A DNA stretch of 64,000 nt from Piromyces finnis finn (Eukaryota > Fungi > Neocallimastigomycota): the NCBI GenBank assembly GCA_002104945.1, contig MCFH01000028.1, positions 124,001-188,000 of the forward strand, given 5' to 3'. Position numbers and translations under genes: made by a program. The notes below the pieces were generated by a model. The model did not search any database, was not told the origin of the DNA, and saw only the letters and a list, made by a program, of their open reading frames with translations. Shown here piece by piece: positions 30,101 to 42,380 of this stretch (the stretch's first letter is position 1; the number at the start of each line of letters is the position of its first letter).

Positions 30101-31630
30101 AATGAATGGGCCTTGTATAATGAAATGGAATTTGGTATCCAGAAATGTTCAACGATGGTGATTCGTCCTGAATCAATAGAAAATCAGATCAAGAGAGATC
30201 CAACATTTTACTTAGCAGGACAACCCATTCCAACTACTGATTGCTATACTTATCTTGGTGTTCCATTTGATAAGAATTTGTCCCTTAAACCAGTAATTAA
30301 AGCTCTTAATAACAAGGTTTTGAAAGGACTTTTTTCAGTCAGTAAATTCTTAAGAAATCCTAATATTCCTATTCCCTTCAAAAAGCTAGTACTTAACTCA
30401 CAAGTGATTAGCAGAGTTTCATACTTTGCACCATTACTTGGATCCAACAAAGCCAGGTCTAGAATTGCTCAGAAGCATGTTATCAAAGGAATACGATGGG
30501 TTGCCGGAGTTCATAAAGCTGTATCGTTTATTTCTTTATACTCTATTTCAAAAGATTTGAATATTCCTCCATTGTCAGCCAAATGTGCGTTAGCTCAGGT
30601 TAGATGTTTTAACAAATGGAAAAACTCAAATTGTATTATCTCACACCTTGTCAATTACATTCCTAAATTTAGAAAATACACGTGGTGCAAATCAAGTAGG
30701 ACACTTGATAAAAAACTAAAGAAGCATGGAGATGTTAAAGCAGTTAAAAACTTTTATTGGAAAGATCTCAAAGGGAATTCAATCAAAGCGCAATATTATG
30801 ATGATAATAAATTTATTGAAACTAAAGATTTTATTAAATTATGTTATGAATACCCAGAGTTTGCCTATGGCTTCTACTGGCTATTGAAAGCAAGAAGCGG
30901 ATACAAGTTGGATGCTAGAGTTGCCAAAGCTGCTAAATTTGTTGATCCAGTTTGTCCTAACTACTGTCCATGTTGCAAGTGTGGAGATCAAAGTATTAAA
31001 CATTGGTTATTAGATTGTCCAACATTTAGAGATATCCGTATTAAACATTATGATTCCATAGTCCAGCTATTAAATTTTTTCAGTCAACGTAATTCCAATA
31101 GTCCTATCAATAATAATGAAATTGATAATATCAGTAGAGATAGCAATAACATTAATAGTAATAGTAACATTAGTAATAGTAACAATAGTAATAATAACAA
31201 TAATAGAAATAATAATATTAGTAATGATAGCAATAGTGAAGATAATAATTCTAATTTAGATAGTAATTTAGTTAATGATAGTAATAGTTCTAATAATCCG
31301 GTGAATATTAATGTGTATGATTATTCTAGTGTGTGCAGTAAAATATTTAAATTCCTTCTTGGGGGAAGAAGTTTTAACAATATTAATTACAATTCAAGGG
31401 AATGGAAAGAACTTTGTAAGCGTCAGATTCATTCTGGTACTAACGAAGGAACACCATTCTTGACGGTAACCGCGGAACTTCTAACCAAAATCATGCCTTT
31501 TGCTATTGGCCAGCAATGGTCAATGTTCAAAAGGTTTGAAGCAACATCCAAGAGCGTCAATGCTGAAGAAACAGTAAGACAGGCCAGGAGGGCCAGCGCA
31601 ACCAATGGAGATCATAATTTTGTTCCATGA
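27125..31630 (+). CDS. LINE polyprotein, 1501 aa: RRM-like N-terminus, APE endonuclease, reverse transcriptase, C-terminal Cys/His zinc knuckle
   Basis: EN motifs SWNTNG, LCFQET, VGDFN, SDHKP; RT motifs GPDGIP, NYRGISL, QFGFR, FLDLRKAYDSV, GVRQGCPLSP, FADD, YLG; CPCCKCGDQSIKHWLLDC. Confidence 0.95.
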   Translation: MSVLYIKDKNYIRRGTRSYGIPLDDIRSFFIRGIRSWSVNMLWEKLEVILEDKFNSVISVKYFQTFNDHFFLVKVHGSSKDCIKILHMLKKKLSVTSISFSARSRRNHKYTFSTLKRKILVSNKHQHSIQQSFQQSVQQSVQQSHQQSDLQQDLQQDLQQVSHHENIPDLQQTQFQSQHSTINSNSSINSDNSSIVDSSSVSQPSSNSSTYSSDASSINNDDFNNNNNSNDSSSSNKPDNFSFCLSWNTNGWNHEKRDSISYFTAIFKPLFLCFQETGNGSGSNTDYPCRVTLRNYRHFFKKADESVPGMRGLYLGFHNSCQASLENFSGKYIISIYTFSLWNRFKCSIGNVYMPHSHHNIYVDHAKLEVRLWLQTHSSHPSILVGDFNMSKVKLSNWLSTNGLGDWEILPLRGSTISWTRGDQSSDIDHALINSKMKDLIHSGSFINNFYPVSDHKPLLINGKIIPMEDFSNDFNVPKKILKWNRLKCIEEKESILSHNKFQILSAKFNDPNVSTDELSKEFTSTAFSIADELSITSANNVIKSSFHISQQIFNLQKIKMKLYKRFKKERIYDIDEFIKRIKIYRKLIDYIHKRCNEFRKQEYLHWIKTGCEYMKSHNPKKAWKWIKKTAKIGKDSFFIAQPIKNKNGELVVATEEQLDVWHDHFEKLASDPSGVSLDLEHWYEEPTNKRFSLPMLDEWDINQDISIDEVKSAILSTPNYKASGPDGIPIEFYKALIPSSNDSNNATDNNSSGNTTSDNDAHGLNFILKLFNRIWDGDFPNSWNESSIVSIPKKGDLTDCDNYRGISLINNGIKLISKIVTTRISEYGLKNNFIRPEQFGFRKKEESISLFISIQEICRRRQLNNKETYLAFLDLRKAYDSVPIGNILHKLDCLGIRGKSLQFIKNLYLTSKANVKLDGQFSKSFDVKKGVRQGCPLSPILFNLFINDIFKECEDLGVSLGDTRCCGGLFADDIVICAPTRGCLKKMLRRVNEWALYNEMEFGIQKCSTMVIRPESIENQIKRDPTFYLAGQPIPTTDCYTYLGVPFDKNLSLKPVIKALNNKVLKGLFSVSKFLRNPNIPIPFKKLVLNSQVISRVSYFAPLLGSNKARSRIAQKHVIKGIRWVAGVHKAVSFISLYSISKDLNIPPLSAKCALAQVRCFNKWKNSNCIISHLVNYIPKFRKYTWCKSSRTLDKKLKKHGDVKAVKNFYWKDLKGNSIKAQYYDDNKFIETKDFIKLCYEYPEFAYGFYWLLKARSGYKLDARVAKAAKFVDPVCPNYCPCCKCGDQSIKHWLLDCPTFRDIRIKHYDSIVQLLNFFSQRNSNSPINNNEIDNISRDSNNINSNSNISNSNNSNNNNNRNNNISNDSNSEDNNSNLDSNLVNDSNSSNNPVNINVYDYSSVCSKIFKFLLGGRSFNNINYNSREWKELCKRQIHSGTNEGTPFLTVTAELLTKIMPFAIGQQWSMFKRFEATSKSVNAEETVRQARRASATNGDHNFVP

Positions 31631-31871
31631 CAAAATTTTGATCTTTGGCTCGGTGTCCCATTGGAAGTCAAATACAATTATTATACTTTAGTATGATAGT
31701 GGCTTTCTTACTTTAATTAAAATTACTAGAATACATTATACCCAATTTTTATTCATTTGTGTTTATTTAAACATATTTTTTTTTTTTATTTTTATTTTTA
31801 TTTTTTAATTTTTTATTACATGTATTATAATTTTAATTAAATTAATAATAAAGTTTATAATATTTGATGCC

Positions 31872-31909
<38 letters not shown>

Positions 31910-31913
<4 letters not shown>

Positions 31914-33041
31914 GAGTTTACAATTCATCAAAAATTTATATTTAACATCTAAGACTAATGTCAAATTAGATGGACAATTCTCGAAATCTTTTGATGTGAA
32001 GAAAGGAGTCCGTCAAGGTTGCCCACTTTCGCCTATTCTTTTTAATCTCTTTATTAATGATATTTTTAAAGAGTGCAAAGATCTTGGAGTCAGTTTAGGT
32101 GACACTCGATGCTGTGGTGGACTTTTTGCAGATGATATAGTTATTTGTGCTCCAACAAGAGGATGCTTAAAAAAGATGCTTAGAAGAGTTAATGAATGGG
32201 CATTGTATAATGAAATGGAATTTGGCATTCAGAAATGTTTCCTTTCAAAAAACTAGTACTTAACTCACAAGTAATCAGCAGAGTTTCATACTTTGCACCA
32301 TTACTTGGATCCAACAAAGCTAGGTCTAGGATTGCTCAGAAGCATGTTAACAAAGGAATACGATGGATTGCCGGAGTTCATAAAGCTGTATCGTTTATAT
32401 CTTTATACTCTATCTCAAAAGATTTGAATATTCCTCCATTGTCAGCCAAATGTGCGTTAGCTCAGGTTAGATGTTTTAACAAATGGAAAAACTCAAATTG
32501 TATTATCTCATACCTTGTCAATTACATTCCTAAATTTAGAAAATACACGTGGTGCAAATCAAGTAGGACACTTGATAAAAAACTAAAGAAACATGGAGAT
32601 GTTAAAGCAGTTAAAAACTTTTATTGGAAAGATCTCAAAGGGAACTCAATCAAAGCGCAATATTATGATGATAATAAATTTATTGAAACTAAAGATTTTA
32701 TTAAATTATGTTATGAGTACCCAGAGTTTGCCTATGGCTTCTACTGGCTATTGAAAGCAAGAAGCGGATACAAATTGGATGCTAGAGTTGCAAAAGCTGC
32801 TAAATTTGTTGATCCAGTTTGTCCTAACTACTGTCCATGTTGCAAGTGTGGTGTTCAAAGTATTAAACATTGGTTATTAGATTGTCCAACATTTAGAGAT
32901 ATCCATATTAAACATTATGATTCCATGGTCCAGCTATTAAATTTTTTCAGTCAACGCAATTCCAACAGTCCTATCAATAATAATGAAAATGTTAATATCA
33001 GTAGAGATAGCAATAATATTAATAATAATAGTAACAATAGT
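31910..33041 (+). pseudogene. 3' continuation of the older LINE copy (RT end to zinc knuckle), with ~223-bp internal deletion and 3' truncation
   Basis: Continues exactly where the 26113-26230 stub stops; matches 29820-30148, then 30372-~31180; no 3' UTR or poly(A). Confidence 0.92.
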
Positions 33042-33537
33042 ATTTTTTTATAATTAAATAAAAGCTTAATTTTTATAATAAAAAAACCAATTAATAAAAT
33101 AATTAAAGTAACTGTCATTTATTATTTTAAAAGAAGACTTTATTAACAGCAACATTTTAATGTAGTATAAGAAATGAAAAATAATAAATAATAACATTAA
33201 AAAATTTTATATTATATAAGCTATTAAAAATATCATATTTAAAGAACAACAATAAAAGATAATCAAATAGTAATGATTGAACTGTCAATATTACTATTCC
33301 ATATTAAAAGATAATAGTAAATATAACATTTGTTAATCAAATAAAAATATATTTATTATTATTTTAATTAAAACTTTTCTATTTAACCGGGCTGGTTTAT
33401 ATTTAAAACATTATTTTCTCTAGACAATAATTAAGATAATTATCTATAAAATTAAAGTATTATTGATTCAAACATTATTGACTTGTTTAATATTATTATC
33501 ACTGATGTTATTTAAATTATTATTATTATCTTCATTA

Positions 33538-33539
<2 letters not shown>

Positions 33540-33591
<52 letters not shown>
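33540..33591. repeat. (TTA)n microsatellite, intergenic
   Basis: Directly visible. Confidence 0.9.
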
Positions 33592-33592
<1 letters not shown>

Positions 33593-36084
33593 CAATAATA
33601 TCTATTATATGATTGAATGATTCTACCGATTTATCATATGTTTGGGCTATATCACTAAGTGTAATGATAGTAAAAATAATAATCTCGAAAGATTTAATTA
33701 CAATATTACAATTACAATATATGCTTTATCAAAAGAAATTAATCCATTTTCAATAAATATTGCAGAATAATAATAGTCTAAAATTGTTGCAACAAATTTA
33801 ACAGAGTCAGTTATACTACAACAAACACTGCTCACAAAATATTTTTTTTCCAACTTTTTTTGAAGTTAGTTACCTTTGATATTTTGACATTTTTATGGGT
33901 TAGTTAGTATTTATTATTAATTAGTTATTAGATATTTAAGTATTCATTTATTTAGTTTTCTAGTTTTCTATTTACCTTAGTTAATTAGTTATTTAGCTAT
34001 ATTTTTATATTTTTATTTGTTTATTTGTTTAGTTATTTAATTAGTAGCATACGTTCCCTTCTTTCTTTCCTTTTTTTTTTTTTTTTTATAGGTAAATTAT
34101 TTAATTTATATTTTTTGTAACCAACAAAAAAAATATATATATATATTTTTAGTATGATATGTATGATGTACATATGTACTATTTAATATATTTAATTTAG
34201 AATATATTATATATATATCAATATATTAAATCTATAGCTTAATATTCTTCAACATACTTATTAACTATATTACAGTAAATTTAATTAAATATTACCTAAT
34301 TTATAAGGCATATGAATACATTAGATATTGATTAGGCTTCAAGTTTTATAATTAACCTTTATTAATATTTATAGGGTAATACTGGAATTAAATAAATTAA
34401 AATTGCATGTATTTATATATTTATATTGTGGCAGCTTGTATATATAATCTATACAATATACAATATGTTTCAATATCTTTAATACATTTGTCACTTTTGT
34501 TTTATAACTTCTAACATAAATTTATTAACGTGATGGTTGTATTTTAAATATTAATAAATTATTAAAGAATTAGATAAATTTTATAATTTATTTAATTTTT
34601 ATTAGATTTTTTTTAATTACCAAGTACATTTCTCTCATTCATAAGAGTAATTTTAAGTAATTTTAATAGTGATTCTTAAATAAATATTGACTATTTCCTA
34701 TTACTTATTACTGGGTTGTCATGATTCTCCTGATCTGTCATACTGGGTTTTTAGCCTAGACCCTCCTTAATTCATATACATAACATACATAACGTTGAAT
34801 CCCTTTTTTCTTTAATATAGTTTAATTATTATTAACACTATTATTGATATACAATTTATAAAAGGATTAGATATTATTCATAAAATATTTAAAATATTAT
34901 ATTTTTCTATGCATCTTGTATCAACAATGATGCGTTGACCGATATATTTGTGAATAATATAATGTTTTTAATAAATAATAAATTCTATATTATAATGATG
35001 AAACAATAAATTTAAAATAAAATAAAATATGTTTTATAATTAACAAATAAATCACTCAAAACTCGAAAATAAACTCTTATTATGTTTTAAATTAAATCTT
35101 TATTATATTTTATAATTTATTTATTATCTGTTTATGGTCTTTTTATTCTCTATTTATTGTCCGCCTTTATAAAGAAGAATTTTATCTTCCTTTTATACAT
35201 TTTCATTTATTACATGTATTATTATTTTTAACTATTAAATGTTATTATTACTATTGTTATTATTTATTAAAATTAAAAGAATAAATTAAAATTATGTCTT
35301 AGTATTATAAAATATTATAGAATATTACTTATTTGATTTTCTTATTACTTCAAAATGTTTAAATTTAGAAAAATTATTATAAATTATCATTGACTATCAT
35401 TAAATGTATAATACCTTGAATAAAATAATTAAAATTTAAAATTAAAATAATATTAAAATAAAATTAAAATAAAATTAAAATAAAAATTTAACAAAATTAA
35501 AATATTAAAAGTATCAATTATTATAAACACTCATTTTATACAGAAACATAAAAGAGTTCTGTATTTTATCTTTAGAAATGTTATTATTGTTCTATTTCCA
35601 GGTTTTAAGTTTATCATTTTAGTAATAATTACTCAATTAGTTATTTTTTTAATTTATAAGTTTAAGAGAATTTCTAAATAACACTTGGATAAACACTAGA
35701 ATTAATAATTTGATGTATATCATTTTATTTTTAGTTTATTTATTCATTTTTATTTATTTATTATTATTTTATTATTTTAGTACATTATTGGATTAAGTCG
35801 TTTTATTTTATTTAATAATTTATTTTATTTAATAATTTATTTTATTTAATAATTTATTTTATTATTATCACTATTAGGTCGTTTTTACTCAGAATTTATT
35901 ATATAATAAAGATAATATTATTTATTTAAAGAAAGGGTTATATTTTCATAAAATTATTATTCATTCATCTTTAAGGGTTATTATTGTTTATTTTTATTAT
36001 AAGTTACTATGGGTTAAGTCGTGTTTACTCAGCTAGTTTTTATCATGTTTTTATGTGAGTAGCGTATCAACAAAATAATAAGCT

Positions 36085-36156
36085 GGGGATATAACTCAGT
36101 GGTAGAGTGCTTGCTTTGCATGCAAGAAGCCTCGGGTTCGATCCCCGATATCTCCA
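36085..36156 (+). tRNA. tRNA-Ala (anticodon TGC), intronless
   Basis: GGGGATA/TATCTCC acceptor stem with G3:U70, D-arm ACTC/GAGT, anticodon stem CTTGC/GCAAG around TTTGCAT, T-loop TTCGATC. Confidence 0.95.
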
Positions 36157-36533
36157 AATATTCTTCGAAGAAGAGTAAAAGTTGTAAAATTTTATATAAA
36201 AAAGATATATATTATAAATAATATTTATTAAGAAAAAATATTAAACATGAAAAATTAAAAAACTTATAAATTATAGATACAGTTTAAAATTATATTACAT
36301 AAATTAAAATTTTAATATGTTTTAAGCAAAAATGATAAATAATAAAAATAAGGTTCAATAATAAATACACAAAAAACTATAAAATATTTTTTCAAAACAA
36401 ATTTTAAAAAATTAATTATGAAATTAAAATTTATTTAATTTCTTTATTAAAAAAAAATAAATAAAATTTGAGGAAAAGAATAATAATAAAATTTTAAAAG
36501 AGTACATTTTAATTCATTTATATAAAATATATA

Positions 36534-39500
36534 ATGTCTCAGTCATTTTCGGGTAGTACTATGCCTTTAGGCTTATTTCAAATTCCTGAAGGAAAAGTAT
36601 ATATCTTCAATTTAATGATTTATATAAATTTTATTATTTACTATTGTAAATATTGAATTGGACAAAAAATAATAAATATATATTTATTATTTTCATCATT
36701 AATATAGTACACCTACACTATATATTCCTATATCAAAGACCAAAAATTTCATGATGTTATCAAAATTTTGAATAATGAATTACAAATGTTTCCAAAAAGC
36801 AGAGCTGCGTTGAGCTTATTAGGATATTGTTATTACCAAGTTCAAGATTTTATGTCTGCAGCAAATTGGTAAATCTTAAAAACTTATAAATATATATGTT
36901 AACTGCTTCATTACTTTTAAATTAAATAATTATTTTTTTATTAATTAAAAGCTATGAACAATTAGTAAGATATTATCCAGAAATTGATAATTATAAATTG
37001 TATTATGCTCAATCTCTTCAAAAATCAGGGCAATATCAAGCAGCATTAAAAGCATGTTTAAATGTTGAAAATCCAGAATTAAATCAAAAAGTATTAACAA
37101 TTAACAATATTTTCGTTTATATTATAACTATAATAAATATTATAAAAATATATTTGATAAATAAAAATATATATAATAATTGTTATGCTAAAATAATAAT
37201 TAACTTTTTTACTTCTTATAAAGGTTTTAAAATTACAAGCTTCTATAAAATATGAATCAAATGATTTAGTTGGATGTAAAGCATTAATTGATGATTGTTC
37301 AGCAGATGATCCTGATACAATGGTAAATCAGGCTTGCTTTCTTTTTAAGGTAATAATTGATAATAAAATATTCATAGATATAAGTCAAATTATTTAATAA
37401 ATATTATATTTTTTATTACTTATTAAATAAAAATCATTATAGGAAAAGAAATATGAAGAAGCTTGTAGTTTATATACTGAGGCTTTAAAAATAATTGGAT
37501 ACCAAGCTGAATTATCATATAATATTGCGTTATGTCACTATTTATTAAAACAGTATGTTCCAGCTCTGAAATTCATTGCAGATATTATTGAAAAAGGAAT
37601 AAAAGAACATCCAGGTAAATATTTTTTAATAATTATTTATTTTATATTATTATTTATTATTTATATAAGTTAATATATATATATATTATATATAAAATAT
37701 ATATAATATTTTAATATAAACAGAATATTAATATATATGTATTTTTATTTTACAGAATTAAGTGTTGGAATGGCAACTGAAGGAATTGAAGTTAGAAGTG
37801 TTGGAAATTCACAAGTACTTCATGAAACTTACTTAATTGAAGCATTTAATTTAAAAGCAGCAATAGAATATCAATTAAAAAATTGTAAGCATATTATTTA
37901 TGATATTTTAAACGCTTTTCTTTGTAAAACATACGTTTTACAAATTTAATAAATAATTGCTTTTACATAAATAAATAATATTTTATTATCTCTTTTATTA
38001 AAAATAGATGAAGCTGCTCGCGAAGCTTTAACAGATATGCCACCAAGGTTAGAATCTGAATTAGATCCAGTCACTCTTCATAATCATGCCTTAATGAATA
38101 TGGATGAAGATCCAACTGGTGGTTTTGAAAAATTAAATTTTTTATTAAATCAAGTTCCATGTCCACCAGAAACTTTTGGAAATTTATTATTGTTATATGT
38201 TAAATATGATTACCTTGATCAAGCAGCTGATTTATTAGCGGCAAATCAGCAATTATGTACAGAAAATCTTAACCAGGTTAAAAAAAAAAAATAATAATAA
38301 TAATAATAATAATATATCAGTATTTTTGTTATATTTTTGTTTATTAATATAGTCGTATATTTTATTATATTTGTTAATCTAATTTTAGTATCTATACGAC
38401 TTTTTGGATGCAACATTAACTCGACAATCATCACCAGAAGAAGCATTTAAAAAATTTGATGATTTGGCAAATCATCATGTTGAGATATTGAGAAAGATGA
38501 CGAAGCAAGTTAAAGATGCAAGAGCAAATCATGAAGAAGATTATGTTAAGAAATTTGTAAATGATTATGATAGTGCTGTTGAAAAATATATACCAGTATT
38601 AATGGCACAAGCTAAAATTTATTGGGATATGGAAAATTATATTATGGTAGAAAAAATATTCAGAAAATCTATTGAATTTTGTAATGAACATGATGTCTGG
38701 AAATTAAATGTGGCTCATGTATTATTTATGCAAGAATCAAAGTTTAAAGAATCAATATCTTTTTATGAACCAATTGTTAAAAAACAATATGATAATGTTA
38801 GTTTAAGATATATGTATATTATAATTTCTATTAAATATAATTATTAAATAATAATATAATATTATTAAAATTAATTTTTTTTTTTTTTTTTAAAAAAAAA
38901 AACATAATTATTTTAATATATATTAAAAGATATTAGATGTTACAGCCATTGTATTAGCAAACTTATGTGTATCATATATTATGTCAAGCCAAAATGAAGA
39001 AGCTGAAGAATTAATGAGAAAAATTGAAAAAGAAGAAGAACGTGTATCATATGAAGATCCATCGAAAAGATGTTATCATCTTTGTATTGTTAATCTTGTT
39101 ATTGGTACATTATATTGTGCTAAAGGAAATTATGAATTTGGTATTTCAAGAATTATGAAAAGTTTAGAACCATTCAATAAAAAGGTAATTAAATAAACAT
39201 ATAATATAAATAAATAATATATAATATTTTTTTTTTAATATTATATCTTTTTTTATTTATATTATCCTTACAATAATAACTTTTTTGAAAATATTCTAAC
39301 ATTTAATTACAATAATACTTTAATATAAAATAATAATAATTAAAAAAAAAAAAAGCTTGGAACTGACACTTGGTATTATGCAAAACGTTGTTTTGCATCA
39401 TTGTTTGAAACTCTTGCAAAACATATGATTATTTTAAAAGACTCCGTTTTCCGTGAAATTTTACAATTCTTTGATGCATGTGAATTAAATGGTAGAAATA

Positions 39501-39610
39501 TACCTGTTATTATTGATCAATTAAATCAACATAATATTGACACTGCAAAAAATAATGTTAGCTATGAAGCTAGATTATTTAAGAGTTTATTCTTAAGACT
39601 TTATGATTAA
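36534..39610 (+). CDS. IFT70: Intraflagellar transport protein IFT70/TTC30 (fleer/DYF-1); 10 exons
   Basis: QIPEGKYT..SRAALSLLGYCYY, GVGMATEGIEVRSVGNS-like, MPPRLESELDPVTLHNHAL, YIPVLMAQAKIYW, HLCIVNLVIGTLYCAKGNYEFGISR; exons 36534-36596, 36708-36868, 36952-37090, 37224-37349, 37443-37614, 37756-37884, 38008-38276, 38389-38796, 38930-39184, 39356-39610. Confidence 0.92.
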
Positions 39611-39921
39611 TTTTTCTAGTGAATTTTCCATTTATTTTTATACATTAGATTATCCATTTATAATAATTAATATAAAATATTATATTTAAAACTATTTATC
39701 TATTAATAATAGTAGAAAAAAATGTATTTATTTTTTTAATTAATATTAAAGCTATTGATTTTTCTTCTCTAATTAAATTTTTCCTATTTAAATTATTAAA
39801 TTATAGTAAAATTAAATTAATAATTAATGTTAAAGAGAATTTGAAAAAGAATTTAAAAAATATGAAATACTTATAAAATAAAAGATATTTTTTTATATAT
39901 GTTTTAATAATAATAAATTAC

Positions 39922-39952
<31 letters not shown>

Positions 39953-40131
39953 TTTCATGTATAGAAATTAGTTTTCAATACCTTTTAATTTACTAAATAT
40001 ATATTAAAATTTTATATATTTCAAACTTCTCTAACCCTTAGTAGAAATATTAATAAATAAGTTTAATAATATTTTTATTAAACTTTTTTTTTTTTTAATA
40101 TGTTAAATAAAATCAAATAAAATCAAATAAA

Positions 40132-42380
40132 ATGGATTTTACTGAATTATATAAACAAACATCAAATTTATGTATATTTTCACCAAATGGCTTATACATA
40201 GCAATAGCAGTACAACATCGTTTAGTTATTAGAGATGCAGAGAGTCTTCAAATTGTCCAATTATTTTCATGTATTGACAATATACAAGCTATTGAATGGT
40301 CAAAAGATTCAGAATATATATTATGTGCCTCTTATAAATTAGGTGTTATTCAAGTGTGGAGTTTAAGTGATCAGGAATGGACTGCTAAAATAAATGAAGG
40401 TGTTGTTGGTTTGACAAGAGTTCAATGGGCACCTGATGGGAGACATATCATTAGTTTTTCTGATTTTAAAGTAACAATTTTAAACAATTTCGAAATGACA
40501 ATTTCATTATTAATTCTAATATATATATATATATATATTTAATATTAATTAAAATATTATTGTTCGATAATAATTAAAATTTAAAGATTAGAATATCAAT
40601 ATGGTCATTAATTACAAAGGAAGTTATATATATTCAATATCCAAAGTTCAATTCAACCAAAGGTTAGAATATTCGTAGTAATAATTAATGTGAAATGTGA
40701 AATTCATAATTATTGAAATTTTAATATTATATATATATTTTATTTATTAATCAAATTCATTTATCAAAAACAATAATATGAAAAAGGATTTAAATTCAGA
40801 AAAGATGGAAATTATTTAGCTGTAGCAGGAAGAAAAGATTGTAAAGATTTTATTAATATATATGAGTGTAATGAATGGAGCCTTTTAAAAGTATTAATTC
40901 TCATAATTTAATTAAAAGTTGTGATAAAATACTTTTATAAAAATTGTTAATTCTATATCTATTTATATTAAATCATTATATTGAGTAGCATTTTGTTATT
41001 GAAGACTCAGATTTACAAGAAATTTTATGGTCTCCAGATGGCAAATATTTGGCTGTCATAAATAATTCATTAGAGGTATTTAATATCAATTATTAATATA
41101 AAATCTTTTTTATGTTTAAAATTATTATTAATACCGAAGCTTATATTTCTAGTACAATGTTTATATTTATTATCCTGATGGAAGACTAATTAAAAAATAT
41201 ACCAATAATAAAATCGGACTTGGTGTAAAAAGTGCAAACTGGTCACCTTCAGCTCAAATATTGGCAGTTGGGGATTATGAACAAAATGTAATTATTGAAA
41301 ATATTTAATTAAATAATAATAATAGTAAAAAAAATCTTTAACTTTTGAGCAACTTTATTTTTAATTTATTAATTCAAATTATTAATCAATAATTATTATT
41401 ACTATTTAATATAGGTAACCTTATTAAACAATTATACGTGGGACCCATTAATAAAATTTTCACATGACACAATTATAGAAGACTCAACTATTGTAAGTTT
41501 TCAAATATTTATAGCAAACAATGATAACAACAAAAATATAAATAATATATTATTAAGTATATATACTCAAAATCTTATTATATCGTATAAAAAAAAATAA
41601 AAAAAGATAATAAATAAAGAACTAGATTTAAGACACCTAAAGAATACATTGGATTTTAAATGGAATCTTCAATCAAATAAAATAAAATGTAATTATATTA
41701 ATTAAATAAACAAATTAAATAGTATATAAATAAATATAAAATTATTAAATATAAATATATATAAATGATATAAGATGAGATGATTAATCCACCAGTTGAA
41801 TTAGCTACTGTCCCTATAGAACTAAATAAACCCAATCCAAAGATTGGTATTAGCATGTGTTTATTTAACAGTACAGGCATATTTTTGTTAACAAAAAATG
41901 GTAAATGAAAATTACTTTAAAGAATATTATATAATAAAATTTTCAAATAATAAATTTATATTTTTGTAAATTTTATTTTTACATTAATTACTAATGAAAA
42001 TACTATTAATAATTGTTTTTAACTAATAAAATAACAAATAAACAAAAGATAATATGCCTAATTATTTATGGATATGGAATATTGCAACCTTAAAATTAGT
42101 AACAATAATTGAACAATTATTACCCATAAAACAAGTATCATGGAATCCAGTAATACCTGGTCGTTTAGCTTTTATCACAGGAAATAGTAATATTTATTTC
42201 TGGGATGCTGAAATGGGATATTGTGAGTGTGTAGATGTTCCAGCATTGAATTTTGAGGTTCATTCTATAAAATGGAATCCAAATGGAAAATCAATCGTTC
42301 TTATGGATAAAGATAAATTTTGTTTAGCTTTTCCAATTGAAGATGAATTAGAAGATGCAGAAAATATGGAAGAAGAATAA
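40132..42380 (+). CDS. WRAP73: WD40 centriolar/basal-body protein WRAP73 (WDR8); multi-exon
   Basis: MDFTELYKQ..FSPNG..VQHRLVIRD..EWSKDS..VQVWSL..W.AKINEG..WAPDGRHI matches the recalled WRAP73 N-terminus; DNMPNYLWIW near the C-terminus. Confidence 0.88.

Larger units (their letters stand above)
26231..31909 (+). mobile_element. Apparently full-length non-LTR retrotransposon (LINE, APE-type) with ~0.9-kb 5' leader, single ORF, 3' UTR and 35-nt poly(A)
   Basis: Flanked by the 9-bp direct repeat GTAAGAGTT (26222-26230 and 31910-31918); AATAAA at 31847-31852 lies 22 nt before poly(A) 31875-31909. Confidence 0.93.

Noticed and set aside
36008-36036. Hairpin followed by CTAG|T as a Helitron 3' end
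   Set aside because: Weak mismatched stem and no matching 5' TC terminus or Rep/Hel sequence identified
31910-36156. LINE targeting near the tRNA gene
   Set aside because: The insertion point is >4 kb from the tRNA, with no fixed-distance relationship evident
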